From the sequence record SRR22947725_1140: a stretch of DNA of 41,366 nt. One strand, 5' to 3'. Under the pieces are notes generated by a model. That model saw only the letters and a program-made list of their open reading frames with translations. It was not told the origin of the DNA and did not search any database. This document shows, piece after piece, positions 10,549 through 19,324 of the stretch; the stretch's first letter is position 1; each line of letters opens with the position of its first letter. The translations under genes were made by a program, and so were the position numbers.

Positions 10549-11418
10549 CTAATCAATCTTTAAAATTTCACTACAAGCTTTTGGTAGACCAGACAATAAA
10601 ATTTCAGCCCTCGGCTGAGCTTTAGGTCTTAACCGTTTTAGAGGCGGTGGGTTGAATATTTTTTTTACCCACTCCTCTGCTTCGAGGCACCCATCCCCTG
10701 CTGGTGGAGGAAATTGACTACGGCATTCCGTTGCCCCCTTTGGGCATTTAATTCTAACATGAAAATGGTAAATATGACCCCACCAAGGGCGAACCTTTCT
10801 TAACCAGTCTCTATCTTCTTTTTCATCTCTGCACATTTTTACTTTTGCTCCCGGAAAAATAAAAATTCTCTCTACATTTTCATCTTTTGAAATAGCTTTA
10901 ATAATTTTATGATGTATTTTACTCCAGTGGTTATTTACCATGGCCCCATTCATTTTCGACATGGACTCTGGCAGAACTTTTTCACGTTCTTCAATTGTAT
11001 AATTATTCGCTGATTTTGGCATTAACCAAATATCTGCATCTAACCCTACTTGATGCGACCTATGACCAGATAGCATTGGACCACCACGAGGTTGAGATAA
11101 ATCTCCAAAATATAGTCCGTTCCAACCGTATTCTTCTGCCTTCTTACTAAGGTTTGTTAATGTTTTTAATAAATTGGGATGCCCCCAATTCCTATTTCTA
11201 GACAATCTCATGGCCTGCCATGTCGCTCCAGTCTCTGGTAACCTCACTAAACCATCCGCACAACCACGAGCGTAGGAACCATAAGGTTGAGCAGGTCGAT
11301 CTGTAGCAATCAATTGTTTTCCAAAAAGATATTTTGCAGGTTCAGCAAAGCCATTTTCTGATCCCAAAACTACGACAAAAATTGTTAATAGTATGGTAAA
11401 CCTTGTTATTCTCATCAC
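10549..11418 (-). CDS. mepA: Penicillin-insensitive murein endopeptidase MepA
   Basis: Signal peptide, GSYARGC, RNRNWGHP, GDLSQPRGGPM, GHRSHQVGLDADIW, HxH motif (HFH). Confidence 0.93.
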   Translation of the reverse strand: MMRITRFTILLTIFVVVLGSENGFAEPAKYLFGKQLIATDRPAQPYGSYARGCADGLVRLPETGATWQAMRLSRNRNWGHPNLLKTLTNLSKKAEEYGWNGLYFGDLSQPRGGPMLSGHRSHQVGLDADIWLMPKSANNYTIEEREKVLPESMSKMNGAMVNNHWSKIHHKIIKAISKDENVERIFIFPGAKVKMCRDEKEDRDWLRKVRPWWGHIYHFHVRIKCPKGATECRSQFPPPAGDGCLEAEEWVKKIFNPPPLKRLRPKAQPRAEILLSGLPKACSEILKID

Positions 11419-12803
11419 ACCTGGCCTCTTCCTTTTTTGTCAACAAATGTTAATAAACTAAGACCTATAATAAATAAACCTATTATAGGTAAAACACCAA
11501 TTCTTTGACTTTGGAAAGTATATGTAAACAGAGAAACTAATAGTGGCGCTAAAAATGCTGTAGCTTTCCCTGAAAATGCGTAAAGACCAAATGTTTCAGT
11601 TATTTTTGATGTGTTGGCTTGAAAAACTAACATAGTCCTAGAAGCAGCTTGAACAATTCCACCCACAGCACCAAGTATCATTCCGCAGAAGTAAAAGGCA
11701 CAGTCAGGTCCACTTAAAGTGCCAAGAATTTTACCTCTTGAGAATGTAATTCCAAAAATAGAATCTGGGGTAATCATTACAAGAGAAAATGTGGTGACAA
11801 TAAGAGTAAAAATACTTAACTGAATAACTTTTTTTGACCCAAATCTGCTGTCAAAAATTCCACCTACCCATGAAAATATTGCCCCCGATATCAGTGCCAG
11901 AATTCCAAACATTCCAATGTCAGTCACAGACCATTTTAATACGCCATATGCATAAATCCCACCAAAAGAATATATCCCATTAAGTGCATCTCGATAGAAC
12001 ATTGAAGACACTAAATAAGAAAAAAGACTCCGGTTTTCTCTTAATTTCCTTATAGAATCCAAAACTAACATAATTGCAGTGAAAAAATGTATACTGGGCT
12101 TTGGACCATTAGTAGCAGGCGAACGCACATATAAAAAAAAGGGGATCATAAAAAATGCAAACCAGATGGCAGTAAGTGGTCCTATTGCCCGCGTCCCCTC
12201 TCTTAAGTCAGGATTTAAGCCCAACGCTGGAGGTTTTCCTAAAATTGTTACCCCATTACTATTTTCAGCAAAAAACAATAGTGCTATTATGATTGCAACT
12301 AATCCACCAAAATATCCTATTGCCCAACCACTTCCCGATATACGACCTAGCTTTTCTAAAGGAGCAAGCCTTGGAAGAAATGCATTCGTAAGAGTAGTTG
12401 CAAGCTCCATGCCAAAAAGACCAAGCGAAAAAAATGCAAGAACTAGTATTACATTTAACGTGTCTGGAGTGGCAAACCATAAACCCGACGCTCCTACACA
12501 ATAGCAAACAGAAAAATAACATATTAATTTTATATGGCTTCTAGATTTGTCAGCAATCACTCCCAAAACAGGAGCACAAGCAGCAATTAACAAACCTGAT
12601 ATTGCTAAAAATATTCCCCATAAACTCTGAGCATCAGCGGCGGCGGCTTGCTCAGAAAAGCCAAGATTTAGTTTTTTAATTGTCACAATTTCAGCAAAGT
12701 ATGGAGCAAAAATAAATGTCAAAAGGAGTGTACTATAGGGTTGAGTAGCCCAATCAAACATCATCCAACCAAAAATGCTTCTACGACTTTCTCTTTTGTT
12801 CAT
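11415..12803 (-). CDS. MFS transporter (UMF1/Atg22-like)
   Basis: GWMMFDWA, multiple TM helices, GRISGSGWAIGYFGG, QAASRTML, FGLYAFSGKATAFLAP. Confidence 0.88.
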   Translation of the reverse strand: MNKRESRRSIFGWMMFDWATQPYSTLLLTFIFAPYFAEIVTIKKLNLGFSEQAAAADAQSLWGIFLAISGLLIAACAPVLGVIADKSRSHIKLICYFSVCYCVGASGLWFATPDTLNVILVLAFFSLGLFGMELATTLTNAFLPRLAPLEKLGRISGSGWAIGYFGGLVAIIIALLFFAENSNGVTILGKPPALGLNPDLREGTRAIGPLTAIWFAFFMIPFFLYVRSPATNGPKPSIHFFTAIMLVLDSIRKLRENRSLFSYLVSSMFYRDALNGIYSFGGIYAYGVLKWSVTDIGMFGILALISGAIFSWVGGIFDSRFGSKKVIQLSIFTLIVTTFSLVMITPDSIFGITFSRGKILGTLSGPDCAFYFCGMILGAVGGIVQAASRTMLVFQANTSKITETFGLYAFSGKATAFLAPLLVSLFTYTFQSQRIGVLPIIGLFIIGLSLLTFVDKKGRGQV

Positions 12804-12838
12804 ATTAATTTCTCCATCAGAAATTTATAATCAGTTTT

Positions 12839-13366
12839 TTATATTGGGGGCCACGGCCTTTCTGATTCACTCTCAATCCACGTTTTAATCCAGTCCGGAA
12901 TCTCAGGTTTAACTAAGTTCTCTGCTATAGCAGAAATAGCTTTTACCGGAGGTACAATACCCTGATCACTTGAGATTGCAGCTCTTATTAAGACATTTGA
13001 CGTCGGCACTCCGGAACGCCACATAGATTGGGTTAAGTATAAAAACTTCTGATCCCATGAAACTATACGAGATTTCACCTCAAGCCGATCAAAAATATTT
13101 ACTCTTCGCCGGTACCTAACAGAGGATCCCGCAACACTTAAACGCCACTTATTATTCTTTAAAATTTGAATAAGCCCCACACGTTTCACTAAGGTCACTC
13201 GACCTAAATCAAAAATTGTTAACGTCCTACCATTATTAAGTTCAAACCAAACATCTAAATCCCAGGGCCAACAAATATGTAAAGAAGTATATTCATCTAA
13301 AAAATTTTGACTGTTTGTTTTTCCATACAAGAGAAGTTCTTTGGTAATACGAAAAACTGGATACAT
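12839..13366 (-). CDS. Hotdog-fold acyl-CoA thioesterase family protein
   Basis: CWPWDLDVWFELNNGRTLTIFDLGR motif. ATG at 13366 is preceded by AGGAG. Confidence 0.85.
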   Translation of the reverse strand: MYPVFRITKELLLYGKTNSQNFLDEYTSLHICWPWDLDVWFELNNGRTLTIFDLGRVTLVKRVGLIQILKNNKWRLSVAGSSVRYRRRVNIFDRLEVKSRIVSWDQKFLYLTQSMWRSGVPTSNVLIRAAISSDQGIVPPVKAISAIAENLVKPEIPDWIKTWIESESERPWPPI

Positions 13367-13497
13367 TGAACTTCTCCTCACAAACGCTATCATTAAAACT
13401 AAAGAATTTAATTTTGTAACTCATAAATCTAGTACACATACTTGCACAGTTTCGATAGGAACAGTAGGCTCAATTGAAGAGTTTTTTGGAGAAAAAG

Positions 13498-13788
13498 ATG
13501 ACGTCTATTTATCAAATATTAATGCTACTAATTGGAGCTGTAAGAATGCTTATAATACTACACTTTATTATGAGTTGGTTAATAAGTTTTCAAATTTTAA
13601 ATCTTCGTCAAAGATTGGTTGGGCAAATTTGGTTAGGTCTTAATCAAATCCTAGAACCGATTTACCGACCAATCAGAAGGTTCCTTCCTAACACCGGGAC
13701 ATTAGATCTTGGGCCAGTAGTTGCACTTTTAGGTCTATACGCATTAGAAATAATTTTAAATAATAACATCCAGTTCTTTATAAGCTAA
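13498..13788 (+). CDS. yggT: YggT family membrane protein
   Basis: MSWLISFQILN..EPIYRPIRRFLPNTGTLDLGPVV. ATG at 13498 follows GGAG. Confidence 0.9.
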   Translation: MTSIYQILMLLIGAVRMLIILHFIMSWLISFQILNLRQRLVGQIWLGLNQILEPIYRPIRRFLPNTGTLDLGPVVALLGLYALEIILNNNIQFFIS

Positions 13789-13863
13789 GGATCACATATA
13801 AAAATGTTAATGTACTGACAGTTCAACAACATATTCAGATATCTACCCTAAAGGGACCATAAT

Positions 13864-14772
13864 ATGAATCTCACTGTAACAACTCACCAAGCGGAAGAAG
13901 ATATAAGAAATGAACAACTAAAAATATATGTAAATGGTGAAATTATTCCTAAACTCGAGGCAAAAATTAGTGTTTTTGACAGCGGGTTTATGTTAGGTGA
14001 TGGAGTCTGGGAAGGGTTAAGACTTTATGCAGGGAAATGGGCTTTTTTTGACGAGCACATGGATAGACTTTTTGAGGCAATTAAGGCTATTGATCTTGAT
14101 TTTAAACTGAACAGAAATGATATCCTTACTGCTTTGGAAGCAACCCGCTTGTCAAATGGTATAGAAACAAACGCTCATGCGAGGTTGATGATAACTCGAG
14201 GTGTTAAAACCCGTCCCTTCCAACATCCCTCCCTCAGCCAGTCAGGCCCAACCTTTGTTATAATTATTGAGCACTCAACTCCAAAAACACCTAGACCCAT
14301 AAAACTTGCAACTGTTCCTCATATTAGAGGACTTCCAATGACCCAAGACCCAAAGCTTAACTCTCACTCTAAACTAAACTGTATCCTTGCCTGCATCGCC
14401 GCAGAAAAAGCTGGAGCAGATGAGGCCTTGATGTTAGACATAAATGGTTTCGTCAACACAACAAATGCGTGCAACTTTTTTATAGTAAAAAAAGGAGAAA
14501 TTTGGACTTCTACGGGTGATTATTGTATGAATGGAATTACTCGAAAAAAAGTTATCGATATCTGCAAAGAAAATAGTATAATTATTCTTGAAAAAAACTT
14601 TAGTCTTGTAGATACATATAGTGCAGATGAGGCTTTTTTAACTGGAACGTTTGGTGCCCAAACTGCTGTATCAAGTATCGATGGTAGGGATATTGGAACT
14701 GGTAAAATGGGACCACGAACAGAAGAAATAAGACACTTATATTCTTCTTTAATAGCCCGTGAAATCAAATGA
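13864..14772 (+). CDS. PLP fold-type IV (aminotransferase class IV-like) protein with atypical active site
   Basis: SVFDSGFMLGDGVWEGLR, HMDRL, GITR, ADEAFLTGT. The canonical Lys and Glu positions appear substituted (see findings). Confidence 0.88.
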   Translation: MNLTVTTHQAEEDIRNEQLKIYVNGEIIPKLEAKISVFDSGFMLGDGVWEGLRLYAGKWAFFDEHMDRLFEAIKAIDLDFKLNRNDILTALEATRLSNGIETNAHARLMITRGVKTRPFQHPSLSQSGPTFVIIIEHSTPKTPRPIKLATVPHIRGLPMTQDPKLNSHSKLNCILACIAAEKAGADEALMLDINGFVNTTNACNFFIVKKGEIWTSTGDYCMNGITRKKVIDICKENSIIILEKNFSLVDTYSADEAFLTGTFGAQTAVSSIDGRDIGTGKMGPRTEEIRHLYSSLIAREIK

Positions 14773-15473
14773 AAATAGCAGCGTGGTCAGGACCACGCAA
14801 CCTGTCAACAGCGATGATGTACAGCTTTGGATCTAGGTCTGATACTATTATCTCTGATGAACCTTTTTATGCCTCATACCTGAAAGCAACTAACCTCGAA
14901 CACCCCATGAGAGCTAAAATTTTGGAGTCCCAGTCAAATAATCCACATGAGATTATTGAATCCTGCAATGGTCCGATCCCATTAAGTAAAGGTCTTTGGT
15001 ATCAAAAGCATATGTGTACTCACATTTTGGATAACATTTCACTAACCTGGGCTGAAAAATACACCAACATATTTCTAATTAGACATCCCTCTCGAGTTAT
15101 TAGTAGCTATGAAAGAAAACGAGAAAATCCAACCATCGATGATATAGGTTTCAAACAACAGTTAAAAATATTTAATAGTTTAGGTGGGGTAGTTATTGAA
15201 AGTAGTGACATATTGAAGTCACCTGAGAAAACACTGAAAACACTTTGTAGGCATATTAACATTAAGTTCGAGTCCAGAATGTTATCCTGGTCCAAAGGTG
15301 GCCACAAAGATGAGGGTGTATGGGGTGAACATTGGTACAACTCTGCTCACTTAAGTTCTTCTTTTGGCCCTCCTGAAGGGCCCATACCAAAACTATCAAA
15401 AAAACTAATTGAGCTTTATGAAGAAGCAATACCTATTTATGAGAAGCTATCATCTCATAAAATTAAAATTTAA
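14769..15473 (+). CDS. Sulfotransferase-like P-loop protein
   Basis: WSGPRNLSTAMM (5'-PSB-like loop) and LIRHPSRVISSY (3'-PB-like motif). ATGA overlap with the upstream gene. Confidence 0.8.
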   Translation: MKIAAWSGPRNLSTAMMYSFGSRSDTIISDEPFYASYLKATNLEHPMRAKILESQSNNPHEIIESCNGPIPLSKGLWYQKHMCTHILDNISLTWAEKYTNIFLIRHPSRVISSYERKRENPTIDDIGFKQQLKIFNSLGGVVIESSDILKSPEKTLKTLCRHINIKFESRMLSWSKGGHKDEGVWGEHWYNSAHLSSSFGPPEGPIPKLSKKLIELYEEAIPIYEKLSSHKIKI

Positions 15474-15480
15474 TGTTTAG

Positions 15481-16704
15481 CTATGTATTCCGTTTGTTAC
15501 GCATCGCAATAAGCTTTAACCTTAACGCATTTAACTTTATAAAGCCCGCGGCATCTTTCTGATCATAAGCTCCAGCATCATCTTCAAAAGTAACGTGCTC
15601 TTCTGAGTAAAGGGTGTATTTTGACCAGCGACTAACAGTCCGAACAGCTCCCTTATATAACTTTAAGCGTACGTGCCCAGTAACATATTCTTGACTTTTA
15701 TCAATCGCTGCCTGCAACATTTCTCTTTCCGGACTAAACCAGAAGCCATTGTAGATAAGCTCTGCATATTGTGGCATCAGTTGGTCTTTTAGATGAGAAG
15801 CTCCACGATCTAATGTAATTTGTTCTATTCCTCGATGTGCCTCTATAAGAATAGTTCCTCCAGGTGTTTCGTATATCCCACGAGACTTCATTCCAACAAA
15901 ACGCCCTTCAACAAGATCTAGCCTACCAACCCCATGCCTTCCTCCAATGGTATTCAGTTCCTTTAACAAATTTGCTGGAGACAACTCTTTGTTATTTATT
16001 GAAATTGGGTCACCTTTACAGAATCCAATTTCAATAAACTCAGGTTTATCAACAGCTTCCTCAGGAGAGACCGTGCGTTGATAAACATACTCAGGAGCTT
16101 CCTTTGAGGGATCCTCTAACACTTTTCCTTCCGAAGATGTATGAAGAAGGTTTGCATCTACAGAGAAAGGGGCTTCGCCTCTTTTATCTTTTGAAATTGG
16201 TATTTGATGTTTTTCTGCAAACTCAATTAATTTGGAACGACTAGATAAATTCCACTCCCTCCATGGAGCTACAACTTTGATATCTGGATCAAGGGCATAT
16301 GCTGATAACTCAAATCGAACTTGGTCATTACCTTTTCCTGTCGCACCGTGTGCTATCGCATCTGCACCAACCTCATGAGCAATTTCTATTAGTCTTTTAG
16401 ATATTAGTGGTCGAGCAATAGAGGTACCTAAAAGATAAAGACCCTCATATAATGCATTTGCCCTAAACATCGGAAAAACAAAATCTTTAACAAACTCTTC
16501 TCTAATATCCTCAATATAAATGTTTTCAGGACTTATACCAAGAAGTTCAGCTTTTTTTCGAGCTGGAGCTAATTCTTCTCCCTGCCCGAGGTCGGCAGTA
16601 AAAGTTACAACCTCACACCCATATTCGATCTGAAGCCACTTCAATATAATTGAGGTATCAAGTCCTCCAGAGTATGCTAAAACAATTTTCTTTGGCATAG
16701 CCAT
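15481..16704 (-). CDS. argG: Argininosuccinate synthase
   Basis: [47 protein letters not shown]. Confidence 0.98.
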   Translation of the reverse strand: MAMPKKIVLAYSGGLDTSIILKWLQIEYGCEVVTFTADLGQGEELAPARKKAELLGISPENIYIEDIREEFVKDFVFPMFRANALYEGLYLLGTSIARPLISKRLIEIAHEVGADAIAHGATGKGNDQVRFELSAYALDPDIKVVAPWREWNLSSRSKLIEFAEKHQIPISKDKRGEAPFSVDANLLHTSSEGKVLEDPSKEAPEYVYQRTVSPEEAVDKPEFIEIGFCKGDPISINNKELSPANLLKELNTIGGRHGVGRLDLVEGRFVGMKSRGIYETPGGTILIEAHRGIEQITLDRGASHLKDQLMPQYAELIYNGFWFSPEREMLQAAIDKSQEYVTGHVRLKLYKGAVRTVSRWSKYTLYSEEHVTFEDDAGAYDQKDAAGFIKLNALRLKLIAMRNKRNT

Positions 16705-16800
16705 ATCCCAAACTCCATAACGTAAATTAATTATCAGATATATTTACCAAAACCCAAACACAAGGCCAACAACCAACCAATCTTATTAAAAATGATGCGG

Positions 16801-17136
16801 TTATTTATATTCTGTTCTACACTGGTACTCTGTTTTGTAATCTACTATTACTTTCTCTCTCTTTCGGCTATTAGCTTGTGAACTTCCACCTAATATAGCA
16901 CCTAATAAAGTCATAGCTTTTTTACCGCTTCCCTTACCAAATTGGTTTCCAGCGATTCCTCCCACGGCAGCACCAGCAACAACTTCTCCAGTAGAAGAAG
17001 GCCTGTCTAAGACACCATAAATTGGGACCTTAACATCTTCACAAATCTTTACCGGTTTGAGTATTACAGCTGGCCCAGTCACTGATTGGCATCCAGCTAT
17101 TAAAACTACACTAAATAATATGAACAAGTTCTTCAT
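16801..17136 (-). CDS. Glycine-zipper 2TM lipoprotein (YcfJ-like)
   Basis: MKNLFILFSVVLIAGC lipobox and GAAVGGIAGNQFGKGSGKKAMTLLGAILGG glycine zipper. A GAGG RBS precedes ATG 17136. Confidence 0.85.
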   Translation of the reverse strand: MKNLFILFSVVLIAGCQSVTGPAVILKPVKICEDVKVPIYGVLDRPSSTGEVVAGAAVGGIAGNQFGKGSGKKAMTLLGAILGGSSQANSRKREKVIVDYKTEYQCRTEYK

Positions 17137-17148
17137 TTTTTTCCTCAA

Positions 17149-17196
17149 TTACGGCTACAGTTACAATTACAATTACAATTACAATTACAATTACAC
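17149..17196. repeat. Hexanucleotide tandem repeat (TTACAA)n
   Basis: TTACGG CTACAG (TTACAA)x5 TTACAC: 8 units, 5 of them perfect (17161-17190). Confidence 0.92.
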
Positions 17197-17637
17197 CTAT
17201 ATATTAAAACAGTCACGGACAAATTTTATATCTCCATCATTTGTCAATAATTTTCTAGCAACAGTTGGTGACATCCAAATAGCCGTATGTTCTAACTCTA
17301 ATGGCTCATGTTTTTTAATTACCGGTTTTGCCTTATAAATATGACATACCTTCTCTGCCCATAAATTATATTCAGGCATATAAGTAAAACGCCGGTAGAT
17401 GCCCAACTTTATTGGTTTGGATATTATCCAACCAGTTTCTTCCAAAATTTCCCGATGAAGAGCATGCAAAGGTTGTTCGCCCGGATCAATACCTCCGCCT
17501 GGTAGTTGCACTTCCTGACTTGATAGCCCTTGATGAGTTACTAATAAATTATTTTCTAAGGACAGAATTGCGTATACTCCAGATCGAGCTTTATACACTT
17601 TATCTGGTCTATAGGTCTCTCCAAAACGTCTAATCAT
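17197..17637 (-). CDS. NUDIX hydrolase
   Basis: Nudix box LPGGGIDPGEQPLHALHREILEETG. Confidence 0.92.
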   Translation of the reverse strand: MIRRFGETYRPDKVYKARSGVYAILSLENNLLVTHQGLSSQEVQLPGGGIDPGEQPLHALHREILEETGWIISKPIKLGIYRRFTYMPEYNLWAEKVCHIYKAKPVIKKHEPLELEHTAIWMSPTVARKLLTNDGDIKFVRDCFNI

Positions 17638-17680
17638 AATAAAACCTTAAAATCCAACAGAACATACACACTAGAAGATG

Positions 17681-17706
17681 TTGCTGTAATCTCACTAAAC
17701 ATATAT
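17681..17706 (+). promoter_or_regulatory. Possible RpoH-type promoter for hslO
   Basis: TTG-N17-ATATAT upstream of a heat-shock gene resembles alphaproteobacterial RpoH promoters. The motif is short and the DNA AT-rich, so support is weak. Confidence 0.3.
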
Positions 17707-17739
17707 GCCGGCTATTGACACATAAAGAAAGCTAAGAAT

Positions 17740-18729
17740 TTGACTAAAAATGCTTCAAAAGGAAATGCTATTCTTGCATTTCAATTAGAAAGACCTAACG
17801 CTAGAGGAAGGTTCACTCGTCTAGACTCTGTTATCGAAAATATCTTAGAACAACATAATTACCCCAGTATTATAGAGGGTTTAATTACTGAAGCCACAAT
17901 ATTAACAGTACTAATAGGGCAAATGGTAAAATCAAACTGGAGACTATCTCTTCAAATTCGAGGTGATGGTCCAATTCGTTTGATCGCTACAGATTATTTT
18001 GGGCCCTCAAGAGAAGGCCTCCCGGCCCAAGTTCGAGCCTATGCTAGCTATGACAAAGAAAAAATCGATGTCAATGCTGACCCATTTACGCAAATCGGAT
18101 CGGGGTATTTCGCCGTAATTATTAATCAGGATAAAGATATGCCTCCTTATAAAGGCATCACGCCCTTAACTGGAGGAAGTCTATCTTCTTCGGCTGAAGG
18201 TTACTTTTTTCAGTCAGAGCAAATACCAACAAAATTTTGTATTAGCTATGGGACAACTCAACTTCCTCTTGAAAAGCGGGGCTTAAGTGCGGGAGGCATC
18301 ATGCTTCAGCATATGCCAGATGCGTCACCACTTATTAAAGAGCAGCCTTCTTCTCAATCAGAAATTTTACAAAAAAAAATTAATTCTGTTGATGAAAGTT
18401 TAACAGAAAACTGGGCACGGGTTAGTATAATTCTCGACACCATTGATGACCTTGAGCTTATCGGACCAAGTTTATCATTTGAGCAGGTTTTGTATAGACT
18501 TTTTCATGATGAAATCCTTCGAACATCGAAGTCTCAACGCGTAGACTTTGGATGTACCTGCTCTGAAGATAAGGTTAGGCAGAGTATGTCAATATACTCA
18601 GCTAAAGATCTAAAACATATGACAAAGACTGATGGATCGTTAACTGCTGATTGTCAATTTTGTGGGGCTCATTATGTACTAGATCCAACTACTCTAGGAT
18701 TCGAGGTTCCCAAAAGTGAACTTGACTAA
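17740..18729 (+). CDS. hslO: Redox-regulated chaperone Hsp33
   Basis: LSLQIRGDGP, YFFQSEQIPT, AGGIMLQHMP, Zn switch CTC...CQFC. TTG start. Confidence 0.93.
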   Translation: MTKNASKGNAILAFQLERPNARGRFTRLDSVIENILEQHNYPSIIEGLITEATILTVLIGQMVKSNWRLSLQIRGDGPIRLIATDYFGPSREGLPAQVRAYASYDKEKIDVNADPFTQIGSGYFAVIINQDKDMPPYKGITPLTGGSLSSSAEGYFFQSEQIPTKFCISYGTTQLPLEKRGLSAGGIMLQHMPDASPLIKEQPSSQSEILQKKINSVDESLTENWARVSIILDTIDDLELIGPSLSFEQVLYRLFHDEILRTSKSQRVDFGCTCSEDKVRQSMSIYSAKDLKHMTKTDGSLTADCQFCGAHYVLDPTTLGFEVPKSELD

Positions 18730-19324
18730 TCAGGATCTATTAAAAAATATCGAAATAAAAACACTAAATTCTGGTTTAGTGTCATCTGACTTTGATCTCA
18801 ACTTAGATAGCTCAGACCAAGTCAGCCAAAAACTTACTCCTGCAGCTGTATTAATAGCAATACAAGAAATAGATGGTAGCCTACACATACTGCTAACTAA
18901 AAGATCATCGAATTTAAAAAATCACCCTTCCCAGATATCTTTCCCCGGTGGGAAAAGGGATACATGCGATTTGTCTTTGAAAATTACTGCTTTGCGGGAG
19001 GCTAATGAAGAGGTTGGTTTATCACCAAATTTGGTTACATTTATTGGCTCTTTGCCTAACCACGAAACAGTAACTGGTTTTGATGTAAAACCCTATCTAG
19101 GCTTTATAAACGGTCCATTCAAAGCAACAATTAATAAATTTGAAGTAGAGGAACTCTTTACAGTTCCCTTAGAGCACCTATTAAATTTAGAAAATTTCTA
19201 TATAGAATCTAGAAAATGGCAGAATAAAGACCGTTTTTACTACACGATACCATATGGGCCTCATTATATATGGGGTGCGACAGCAAGGATAATAAGATCA
19301 TTAGCAGAGATTATAGCAAAATGA
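18716..19324 (+). CDS. nudL: CoA pyrophosphatase (NudL/PCD1-type Nudix)
   Basis: AAVLI, LLTKRSSNLKNHPSQISFPGG, ALREANEEVGL, IWGATA. Confidence 0.88.
   Translation: MNLTNQDLLKNIEIKTLNSGLVSSDFDLNLDSSDQVSQKLTPAAVLIAIQEIDGSLHILLTKRSSNLKNHPSQISFPGGKRDTCDLSLKITALREANEEVGLSPNLVTFIGSLPNHETVTGFDVKPYLGFINGPFKATINKFEVEELFTVPLEHLLNLENFYIESRKWQNKDRFYYTIPYGPHYIWGATARIIRSLAEIIAK

Noticed and set aside
13341-13643. 100-aa + strand ORF overlapping yggT
   Set aside because: It overlaps both the thioesterase start and yggT in another frame and has no motifs.
17057-17338. + strand ORF with an NYNYNYNY repeat
   Set aside because: It is antisense to two well-supported genes, and the repeat peptide is simply the translated microsatellite.
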